Positions 1 to 10,392 of a stretch of DNA of 64,000 bases are shown here, piece by piece. Source of the DNA: Tubulanus polymorphus (Eukaryota > Animalia > Nemertea). The stretch's first letter is position 1; every line of letters starts with the position of its first letter. The DNA lies in NCBI RefSeq assembly GCF_964204645.1, contig NC_134032.1, positions 4,426,175-4,490,174 of the forward strand, written 5' to 3'. The notes under the pieces are model-generated. The model was not told the DNA's origin and did no database searches. It was given only the letters and a program-made list of their open reading frames with translations. The translations under genes and the position numbers were made by a program.

Positions 1-487
1 AAGAACTGGCCTCTTTTTATCGTACGCGCTGGTAAATTATTTACTATCGAATCGAACGAATCCCTATTTTCGTCGAGCATTCCTCTCACCGCTCCGGATA
101 ACGTCTCTAATAGGTGATTCCCCTTACGTTATCGTTACGTCGATAGTTAACCCAAATGAATATATCAATTCACAAGCCAATGCGGATGATATGCTTTTTA
201 ACTCGCAACTCGATCCGATGTCGCATCCAAATAATTCCAACATTTTTAGTGTAGGCGTCGAACTTCGTGGACGCCTGCAAGAAAGAATGTATTTACGAAA
301 TACGTGTCGTCTTTAGAACTCGTGGTTGTTAGCTGATTCGAAGCGAAGTGACTATAACCGCCAGACGAGTATCAATATGTTTAAATAAGTTACAAGTTAC
401 AAGTTAGTTTATTCATCACAATCGAGTGACATGATTGTCAATGAACAACGAACCAGTAGAAAAAGAAAACAATATATACATATATAC

Positions 488-1045
488 AATAATAATAATA
501 AGTTCTTGTATAGCGCTTTTCCATCCGAGAGCTCAAAGCGCTTGGTTCTCCAAAACGTGCTTCTTGAAGAGCCATGTCTTAACTGATGATTTAAATGTGT
601 CCAACGAGGCAGAGTTTTTTTATATCAAATCGTAGGGAATTCCAAAGTTTAGGTCCACACAAAGAAAAACTTCTATCTCCATAGGATGTTTTGGTTCGTT
701 TAGTTCGAAGAGAAGCTGAGTCAGTTGACCTGGTTACACGAACTGCAGAATGACTTTCCAACAGGTCAGACAAATATGCTGGTGCTAAGCCGTTAACACA
801 TTTAAACGCATACACGGCCTGCTACAGGCAGCCAATGCAATTCGATCAGCAGCGGAGTAACATGGTCATATTTTCGCTTGCGGAGAATGATACGTGCAGC
901 CGAGTTCTGTGCGCGCTGAAGTGGTGCAATTGTTTTCTTGGGTAGTCCATACAGCAAACCGTTGTTGCAGTCAATGCAGGATGTCACAAATGCATGGACT
1001 AGACGTTCAAGACTCGCACGATCAAGAAAACGACTTATGCGACTA
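488..1045 (-). mobile_element. 5'-truncated L2/Crack-clade LINE 3' end (RT C-terminal region, stem-loop and (TAT)n tail), degenerate
   Basis: ORFs 802-987 and 591-815 carry LQRAQNSAARII..DHVTPLLIELHWLPV and GLAPAYLSDLL..YGDRSFSLCGPKLWNSL. The minus strand ends AAGCGCTTTGAG..AAAAGCGCTATACAAGAAC(TTA)n, typical of L2 3' ends. Confidence 0.85.
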
Positions 1046-3369
1046 TGCTGTAAAACTTATTATACAATAGCAGAATTACTAAAATATTTACAAGAAATAG
1101 TCAATGAGATAAGTACCATACTGTACAAATGTAACTTCAGGCACGTTGGCTTTCTTTCTAATGTGCGAGTTTTGCAATATTTCTGCAGTTTTAGAAAGTA
1201 TCCATTTTTTTTCTTCATTAAGAGCCAATATCACAAAGTTAGAACAATCTATCAAGTAGTCTTTGACGGTGCTTGCTTTGTTTATTCCCCAACATCGTGT
1301 GTAAAAATTTTACGTCCACGTTTTGCATTTTCGCTGGCGAGTTAACTGTCAAAATCTTTACATAGGCACGCATCACCATTTCAATGTCACTTGCCCTTTT
1401 ATCTGCAAATGATCCTTCTTGCTCCCGCCTCCAAATGATTGGACCAATTCCTATATAGCTCAACTTCTCTCTCGTCGAGATATATAAATTTGTTTTCAAT
1501 CCATCTATGGTTCAAATTCCTTTTCCGAGAAAGAGTAATGCTAACAAATGCCGGCTATACATTTTTTAATTAAATTTATTTCCTATCCGTACATAGTATG
1601 GACTTTTCATATTTGCTTAAATAAACATCCATCCTCCAGATTTTTGTGAAAAAAATCAACATTTTGCTTCTTGTTCTTGGCCCCATTCTCAGATTTGGTG
1701 GCGTTCAACTCCACTGAGAGATACCGGTAATACTGGTACGGAAAACGGATACGGTACTGGCGGCTTTTGTTTCACTCGATGTCCCAAGTATATATTCTAA
1801 CGATCTGTATGGGTAGAACGGTATATTTCCAAAAAGTTATTTCGACCTAGGCTGAAGGCGCATTTGTATAAATGGTTTTCTTTAACGATTTCGATATCCC
1901 CACTCCTCCATATACAGCGAAATTATACATGGGCATTAACCATCATCCCGATGTAGTGAAGATCCCCATTACGCTCATCCTTGAGTTAAACGTTTGACTC
2001 CCCTTACGAAAATATTACTCGTGAAATTTTTTTTACATGTGTGAAAATTCATTTCTCATGATGTGAAATGGGCAGTAATGGGAAGTAATGGGCGTAAATG
2101 TGACAATTCACATGTGAAAAATATAGAAATTCACGCGTGTAAATTTGATAATCCAAAATATTTCATTATACAATCACGAAATCTCCGAATACCTTCAATC
2201 GAATATCACAATGCTAAACTCCTTTGCCACATCTTGTCAAAATCCTGCAATACTATTTTTGCACAATAGAATTACTCTAGTCTTTTGTTCTTGTTTCTTA
2301 GATGACTTCCTCTGGTTAGGGATCCGTTAGTAGGAATAGAACACCATAAATTGCATCATATTCATTCTAAACAAGGTTATATATGCATTCGTAAAATTGT
2401 GACAAAAGACAAGTACAAAGTATGACAATAAGAAATGTGATAATTTGATAATTTTTTTCCAAATTTTTCCGACCGGTCATACTTGATTTTCTGCGCCATT
2501 TTTGCTCGGATCTTGGCAGGTGTTATATCTGGAAATATTTCCATTACATGGCCTAGGAGGAAAAAGTCAACAAAAGATATAAATCCATGGGAGCTCATTA
2601 TTTCATGAAAACTGACAATTTCTCAGAGTGTAATGAAACTTACGAATAATGAGATTCACCCGCACTTGATTAAGCGATTTTGCTTCATTCCACCACCTGT
2701 TACTGTTTTCATCGCCATCTCCTCAGAAGTAGTTAGAGCTGACATCAATGAAGAGGTCAGTTTTCCGAAGGTTTTTGAGGCCATCTAATATAGGATGACG
2801 TAGTTGGATCAAGCAGTGGATATGCAACCTGAAAGAGATTTGCATCATTCATCAATCTACTGTGTTGGAGACTTGCCGTATAATGACCGCGGTACTAGAA
2901 CATTGTCCATAGAAGATTCATCGTGAAAACCTGAAAAAATAAAGCCAAAAATAGGTAACGACAAAGTGAAAAGTACTTCCTACATCGAAAAATATTTGCG
3001 GTTGCGCCGGACCGGGCATGTATTTTATGGCCGGCAGTATATATTCTACAATATGGCCATCAATGAATATCGACAAGGATTATCATGTCACCGTTGACTG
3101 CGTTTCTTATTCCCCAATGCACGCAAAAAGCCATATCTCTATCGTATTGTTCTGTAGTCAAAAGAACAACTTCTATGCTGTCCCTGTCCCATAAATTATG
3201 TGATTATTCAATGGTTTCTTGCAATTTAGAGAATTAACTAAGTAAATATTTACAGCTATACGTGGTTGTGAGTCGCTTTCTTGGCAACTTGTGGATGTCG
3301 AACGAGAAGTCGGTCTCTGAGGGAGTCACAATATTGTGTTTATGCTACGAGCAATTATCTCGTATTGTT

Positions 3370-3989
3370 AGTAATAGGGAATAAGTTGCTTCAAGCCAGA
3401 GGTCGAGAGGTCGAGCTCACTCAACCTCTCTCCCTCTAACTTAAAACAACTAAGGGGCCGTGCATAAAGTACGTACGCTTGACTTCCGGGTATTTTTAAC
3501 CCCTGCCCCCTTGTACGCTCATTGTACGTTTTTTATAACCCCCCCTTGCGTACATACTTTTAGGGGTAACCCCCCCCCCCAGTAAAACAGAATTTTCAGG
3601 AATAATGGTTTAAAGAAGGCAAAATCCACCCTGATTCAACAGAGTTCCTGCTGACGTTGATCAACGATCTTCCATGGCGACGAAATGGAAGACTGAAAGT
3701 GGGGAATTCCCGAGATCCAAATATAATATATTGAATGCAACAAACCCAGGGAGACCGGTTTCGCAATTAAGGCAGTGTTTGCTATACATTAAAGGAAGAC
3801 AGGTTTACCCACAGACATATGTTTCGTGCACAAAGTACGTACTATTAATATTAACCCTCCCCCTTGGAAAGTATGTACGTTTTTAGCAGACCCCTCCCCT
3901 CCCCCTGTACGCTTTTGTACGGATTTTAAGAACCCCCACCCCCCTACGGACGTACGTACTTTATGCACGGCTCCTAATTCCCTATTACT
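3370..3989. other. Short terminal fold-back hairpin of a degenerate Polinton copy (96 bp once the MITE is removed)
   Basis: AGTAATAGGGAATAAG...GGTCGAG-CTCA-CTCAACC...TTCCCTATTACT is an imperfect palindrome. It is similar to 24896-24950 and likewise lies upstream of a pPolB start. Confidence 0.75.
3454..3974. mobile_element. PIF/Harbinger-like MITE (521 bp)
   Basis: 24-bp TIR GGGGCCGTGCATAAAGTACGTACG / CGTACGTACTTTATGCACGGCTCC (1 mismatch). TAA target duplication at 3451-3453 and 3975-3977. No credible ORF. Confidence 0.9.
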
Positions 3990-4059
3990 CCTAATAATTT
4001 CCTATAAATGAACATTATTTACCTGAATTTCATATATTTTAAAATAAATTATATATTAA

Positions 4060-4360
4060 TTATAAAAGTGTGAATAAAGTGTCAGAAATAATTCATATTT
4101 TAACAGATTTCGAATAGAAGTATAAGTAAAATAGATGGATAATTAAAAGAATATAAAAGTGTGAGTAAAGTGTGAGTGAAATAACTCTTATTTTAGAAAG
4201 AAACGAGTAATTAACGTGTTGATTGAAATTAGATTTTTAAACATAAGATTGTGAGTAAAGTGTAAGTGAAATAGTTTATATTTTAAGCATATTTTAATAT
4301 TTATATTTGTATGAGTTAGATTTTTAAACATTAAAAGTGTCAGTAAAGTGTGATTGAAAT
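4060..4360 (+). repeat. Iterated TAAAAGTGTGAGTAAAGTGTGAGTGAAATA-type units
   Basis: At least 4 imperfect copies (about 4062, 4154, 4247, 4332). An inverted related array lies at about 54960-55180. Confidence 0.75.
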
Positions 4361-4439
4361 AATTCATATATATATGAATAACATATAAATTAATAAAATC
4401 AGTTTTAAAATCAGGTTTAATAAAAAATTTAGTATTAAA

Positions 4440-4675
4440 ATGGAAGCAAATAAGTACTACTGTTCAACATGTAAAATCAATATAGATAAATCTCAAAAAG
4501 CAAGACACAATAAAACTAAAACACATTTAGAGTATAAATTAAAGTTAAAATATAAAGATGATATATTAGAAACTAAATTAGATGAATTAAGGAATGGAAA
4601 ATAAATATATAAATGTGATACGTGTAATCAATCATTCAGTGATAAAAGATATTATAATGAACATTTAAAATCTAA
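4440..4675 (+). pseudogene. pPolB N-terminal Zn-finger fragment
   Basis: Translates MEANKYYCSTCKINIDKSQKARHNKTKTHLE..., nearly the same as the start of 25381, with an internal stop and truncation. Confidence 0.85.
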
Positions 4676-6136
4676 AGTGCGATTGAAATATTTCATATTT
4701 TAACATTGAATATTTATATTTGAATGAATTTTAATGAAAGTTCGTTATAAAAATGAAGACAGAAGAAGAGAGAAAGTCGAAATCAATGAAACCAATAAAT
4801 TATTTTCACAGTTTAACATTAAAAATTACATCTCAGCATCAAATTTAGTGTATGTGAGGCATTATAAAATTGATAATATTACAGTAATTAATCAAATATT
4901 ATCAAATGAAACATATTTAATTACTGAACTAATTGATACTTTTGATAATGGTGCTAAAATCCTAAAATATTCAATACAGTTTTAAATTATAAAGGAACTT
5001 TAGATGAAAACAAAATAGAAAAATAAATATACTTCAAACTCCTTTCAATGAAGAAATGATGATTAAATACTTTCGAAAGGTTACAATGATTTCATTAACT
5101 TAAGAATTGAAAAAAAGACAATTATGTTATTTCAATTTTGATGATAAACAAATTATCTATAATGAAAAATCATTCAAAGATATAGGAACTCAATGAAACT
5201 TAGATGATGAATTTAGAAAATGTGATTGTGGAGGAAAATATTTAAGATCACATAAATCAAAACATTATCAAACAGTTAAACATATCGAATATGAAAAGAA
5301 TAATAAATATATATTGAAATAAGATTAAGCTGTACGAGGCATTGGAAAATTTCAAATATCATAACTCAAAAATAATAATTCAACTCTAAATATTCATATT
5401 CAAAATAAAATATTTCAAATTACTTTTATTTTTTTTCTTTAAATAAATGAATGGTTTCATTCCAACTGGGAAAAGTGATTTGAAGCATTATCTTATGGCA
5501 GGAGGGTTAATATTGGCTGCGCTTCTCTTTTACTACGAAAATATTAGTAAAGATTTGATGAATGAAAATGTAAAAATTGAGTAAAAAGTTAAAGAAGTTA
5601 AATGGAAACAATCACAGAAAAAATAACAATAAAAAAGTTAATGATTTAAATCAACAGAATATTAAATCAATTATTATTATTTCAGGTTTATTCTCTTTTC
5701 CAATTTATAGTATAAAACAGTTGTTAGAATTCTATGATAACTGTATAATTAGATACGCTCAATTTATCAGATAGAATTAATAATATCAAGTCTTGTGAAA
5801 TTTGTAATAAAAGATATAAAAATGAAAAGAGTTTAACAATAAGTTACTTTAGCAACACTAAATTATTCAATTCTAATGTTTTTATTATTGAATCTATTCA
5901 AAATATTATTTAACCCAGTGAGCAAAATGAAACAATAGCTAGTCTTAATGCACGTGTACCATTTGTTTATTGTTTATATTCATCATAACTTTTGGCAGTC
6001 AATGCTGGTTTTATTTCACTTTAGATATTGAACAAACGAAAGTTCTTTGTCCTTTTGGACTCAACCTGTTGACCAAGGTGCGGCCCGGTGCCCGAATTTT
6101 ACGAGTGAGAGGTCTGATGCATAAATTAGGCACATA

Positions 6137-6373
6137 GTGGCATTTTTTGGCATTGCCCTTGCAAATATAATCCTAGTAAATTCATTGCGTCGCGCGTCTA
6201 AAAGGCGCCTTGAAATCAGCACTCAAAAAATAAATGATAATCAAGCTGTTGTACTTGCGATTTCGGTTATAACGACTTTTGCTTTATTCGTAATGCCAAT
6301 GGCCATTCACAAGTTGCTTAATCAATTTTTCGATTTCAAAGGATTTATCCCAGATCTGAATTTCTTCTACGTG
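6137..6373 (+). pseudogene. Rhodopsin-like GPCR fragment (TM5-loop-TM6), host-derived, cut by a Polinton terminus
   Basis: Hydrophobic helix, then NSLRRASKRR basic loop, then VLAISVITTFALFVMP (FxxxxxP TM6 pattern). Confidence 0.5.
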
Positions 6374-6453
6374 AGTAATTAGGAAAGTAGGCTTTCAGAT
6401 CAGAGGTCGGAGGTCAAACACTCATCACCACAAGTAATTTTTTTCCCTAATAA

Positions 6454-6768
6454 ATGGGAGATAGAAAAGCATTCTTAGCAACAATAAATAACAGAATTAA
6501 ACCAGCAAAAAAACAATTTGAAATAAAAAAGTTAGTTGATGTTACAAAAGAAATGGAACATAAAATAGTGAAATTAGAAAAGATAAAAACTAAATATGGA
6601 GAGAAAGTATCAGCTAATTTAAGCTACTGTAATGTTAGTACATCACGAGAATTTAAAGTGTTTTTACCTGATAAATGGGTTTCATTGAGTATGGAGGAAT
6701 TGAAAGATTTAGTAGGATTTAAAATAATATATCATGGGAAAAATGAAGACGGTCATCATGATTTATAA
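6454..6768 (+). CDS. Polinton small protein, paralog of 29435-29776 (possible OB-fold nucleic-acid binding)
   Basis: Shares KKL..TKYGEK..FKVFLPD..YHGKNEDGHHD with the 29435 ORF. Preceded by T7-CCCTAA-TAAATG and by a terminus-like AGTAAT motif at 6374. Confidence 0.65.
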   Translation: MGDRKAFLATINNRIKPAKKQFEIKKLVDVTKEMEHKIVKLEKIKTKYGEKVSANLSYCNVSTSREFKVFLPDKWVSLSMEELKDLVGFKIIYHGKNEDGHHDL

Positions 6769-7689
6769 ATTGTTGATTAAATAAGAAATAAAAATAATGA
6801 ATATCTAGAATCCAAAATGACCTTAGTCGTTTTATAAACAACTATAATCATACAGTACATCTGTTACATATTATTATAAGAGAGTGCTTCATTTGAATAT
6901 TGATCAATCAAACAGGTGTTGCACAACGTTGTTGTTATATAATAAGCACGCAGTACATACAACACACACAAGCCAGTTAGCTGGTATTGAATTACTACGT
7001 TTTCATTAGTTGCTGAAAACGAGGTTTATTTAAATTAGCTCAGCCGTGACGACAGGAGGATAGTCATCATTCTCTCGTGATTAAAAGGAATATTTCAATG
7101 TTTTTACGGTAAGTTTTAGCAAAACCACCCGACTTGACTCACAGAGTTTTTAGGGGATAAGCATCCCGTTATTGAGAGGCGCCACGAGATACCTATCCCC
7201 AAGCATTTCTAATTACACCCCTGTGACCCACACCTCACCAATTCTCCTTCAATGGTTGACAGGAAACACATTATATTAAAGGCGCCTAATGCATTTCCTA
7301 TCAACCCCTTACCCCCGAAAGGAGGATCGAAAGTCGAAACTGAAGGAGAACCACGGAGGGTGGACAAAGGTGCATTTTCGAAATGCCCCTGCAAGCCAAG
7401 CCCGGCGGCACTCCAGGGGTTGAATGAATTGCCTTATATACTTAGCTAAAACACCTAAGTAAATGTTGTTGGTGCTAAAAAAAATATGTGAAATTTGAAA
7501 TTATAAATTATTCCGAATGAAAAGAATGTAAGAATGAAAACTGATAAATGAATTATGTATTTTTAACTTAATTATGATATAATTTTTAATCAAATTAGTA
7601 ATCAATTACTATGTTAATTGATTAACAAATTCAAATTCAAATATTCAAATAAAAACAAAATAAATTAATAAAAATAATGAATATCTAGA

Positions 7690-8978
7690 ATCCGAAATGA
7701 CTTATCTGGACAATTTAATTGCTCCGCATAGATAGACAAAAGTAGTGAGATGGTGCCGTACGGCACCCACATGGTGATATTCAATTATTTTTTTTGCTTT
7801 TTTTCTAAAATATTAATCCATTTTTTTATTATCAATTTTGGAATTTCAGAAGTACTTTCATTTTTGATAGCAGTTGTTTCAGAATTATTGATATCATGAA
7901 TTTTATTTGATTTCTTATACCAATTATACCCAATCAATTAGATATCAAGGAATAGAAACAACTTATCAAAAGCAACGAAGAATGAAAAAGGATGACGTTG
8001 GTCGAAGAAATGGAAGAGGATTCTAAAATTATTAACCAATTTAGTAAAAAAATACGTATAATAAATGGAACCAGAACAACCACAAACTATCAATATTACA
8101 AATAACACTGGCGTTATAAACATATATTACAAGAAGTGTTCTAAATGTGAATAAGATAAATCATTAACAGAATTTAGTAAGCGTAAGACTAGCAAAGATG
8201 GTTTTCAATATTGTTGTAAAACTTGTACTAAACTATATACCAAACAATATCGAGAAGATAATATAGAACATTATAATTATTATATGGCAGAATATATGAG
8301 AGAAAGATATCAAACAGATCTTAATTTTAGATTGAAACAATGCTTAAGATCTAGATTAACACAATTATTCAACAAAGAAACACATTCAGAAACACTATCT
8401 AATTTATTGGGTTGTTCAGATGAATTTCTCAAATCATGGATAATATATCAATTCGATGATAAAATGAATATAGATAATTATGGGGATTATTACCATATTG
8501 ATCATGTGTTACCAATATCTAAATTTAACATGAATGATGAATACAATAAAAAACTTATTTGGGGTTGGAAGAATTTAAGACCTTTAGAAAAGAAAGAAAA
8601 TCAAATCAAATCTAATAAACTAGATTTACAGTTATATTTAGAACAGTTAACAAAGGCAAAGAAATTTATTGATCAATGGAACAATAATCCAAATAATGAA
8701 CGATACGTTGAGGAATTTGATATCAAGGATCCGAAATGACTTATCTGGACAATTTAATTGCTCCGCATAGATGGTGCCATAAACGGCACCCACACAGTGA
8801 TAGACAAAAGTAGTGAGATATTCAATTATTTTTTTTGCTTTTTTTCTAAAATATTAATCCATTTTTTTTATTATCAATTTTGGAATTTCAGAAGTACTTT
8901 CATTTTTGATAGCAGTTGGTTCAGAATTACTAATATCATGAATTTTATTTGATTTCTTATACCAATTATACCCAATCA
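7690..8978 (+). repeat. About 250-bp direct repeat (7690-7937 and 8730-8978) flanking an HNH gene
   Basis: Near-identical TCCGAAATGACTTATCTGGACAATTTAATTGCTCCGCATAG...CCAATTATACCCAATCAA blocks. A shorter inverted homologue lies at about 41125-41200. Confidence 0.9.
8065..8739 (+). pseudogene. HNH-type endonuclease of the kind seen in large DNA viruses, premature stop at 8152
   Basis: CxxC..CxxC N-terminus, then LLGCS..NYGDYYHIDHVLP..NLRPL..EN..KSNK. Colinear with the intact-looking copy at 42038-42691. Confidence 0.75.
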
Positions 8979-9749
8979 AAATGAATACAATTACAAATCC
9001 AACACGGCTGTACAGCGAGGAAACTTGAAGCAACCTTGACCCTACTTAGTATGCGAACGTGCACCTGTAGCATATTCAGCCAGCGGAGTCATCGGCGTTT
9101 GTCGATGATTTCCGATTCATATTAAATAAGTTTGTAAGCTATATTTTATTAGTCTTGTGATGAATATTCAATTGTATTTTGCTAATATACGATATTTAAA
9201 CTTTCTTTTCATAAATAAATTGATATTACGGTATTTTATAAAATTAGATTTCGTGCGGAGTCATGTGACCGTACATCATGGCGGATTGTAAACAAAAAGT
9301 GATGACAGCTAGAGAAGATGAATATGTCTTTAAATTACACCCAAAAATGTGTTTTCCTACCAAATAACAATGATCAACTATTAGGATACGACGGTTACTA
9401 TTGTTTTAAGATCATCATGCTTTCAAATGGAAGAATGAAACGACAGCTTGTCACCGGAAAGCGATTCAATCCAAATTCAATTAGTTTTATTGAAAACTGC
9501 CGCTGATCAAATCACGTATAAAGGATAAAGCATGAGTTCACCCACGGTAAGTACTTTATTGCTATATGAATAAACAAAATATGAGGCCAGAATGTATGCA
9601 CCTTCGTTCGATTTGCTGCCGATAGCCTAGGCTACTAGCCTACCTATACATCACGTCCACAAACTCCATTCATTTGTAGTACACGTCTATTCAAATGTAT
9701 AGTTAATTATCCTCTATAAACCGCCATACTTTCTATACTGTCAAAATCC

Positions 9750-9984
9750 TTAAATGTAGCGGCACACAAGCGTATTTTCGCCCGATCGCGGCGAATTTAT
9801 AAATCGCCCGAAAAATTCGCTCGTGTGGCCACTCACGGCGACGACGATTTCGTCGGCCGACTCGATCGCCCGGCGAATCGCCCGTATCAAACATGTTTAA
9901 TATTTTCGGCCGATTATTTACACCGGCGATCGGGTGTATGAATTCGCCGGCGAATTCGCTAGCGCTCGTGTGTCCCTAGCTTAA
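9750..9984. mobile_element. Small GC-rich palindromic MITE nested in the Chapaev element
   Basis: TTAA-flanked, imperfect TIR (..GGCACACAAGCG / CGCTCGTGTGTCC..), internal CG-rich inverted repeats around AAACATGTTT. Confidence 0.5.
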
Positions 9985-10392
9985 TACTGATGCGGGCGGG
10001 CGGTAGGCCTATCAGAGGCTTGCTGGCTGTAGGCTACATCTCTCTCCCTTGCCCTCCCTATTTTGTTTTATCTCTCGTCATCACTTAAGACCGAATCAGG
10101 CAGGGCTGTCAATGAGAATCAGTAATTAAGTATGAACTAAAACTGGTTATAAGTTTCAGCTTGTTTTTTCTTTTATTTTTCAGAAATTACATAAATTTAT
10201 GACGTGCAACAGTGATTTACATCATAGAACAAAAACTAATTAGAGAATCTGGAACTGATTGGGAAGCTAGCTTCGAAGGTACAGTTCCTCAAAATTTTCG
10301 GCATTTTAAGTTTTTAAACATTATAACAAGTATGATGAATAAACTTATATCAATGCATATTCAGCTCATGAAGAAATATTTCTCATTATAGG

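Larger units (their letters stand above)
3370..5950 (+). mobile_element. Degenerate Polinton-like left-end fragment
   Basis: Sharp switch to very AT-rich DNA. Contains the hairpin, AAAGTGTGAG repeats, a pPolB N-terminus and decayed small ORFs, one starting at TAAATG (about 5447). Confidence 0.7.

Noticed and set aside
1239-2598. Possible BEN-domain gene fragments (RHLLALLFS.., HVMEIFPDITPAKIRAKMAQKIK)
   Set aside because: Weak, fragmentary and frameshifted resemblance that cannot be supported without a profile search.
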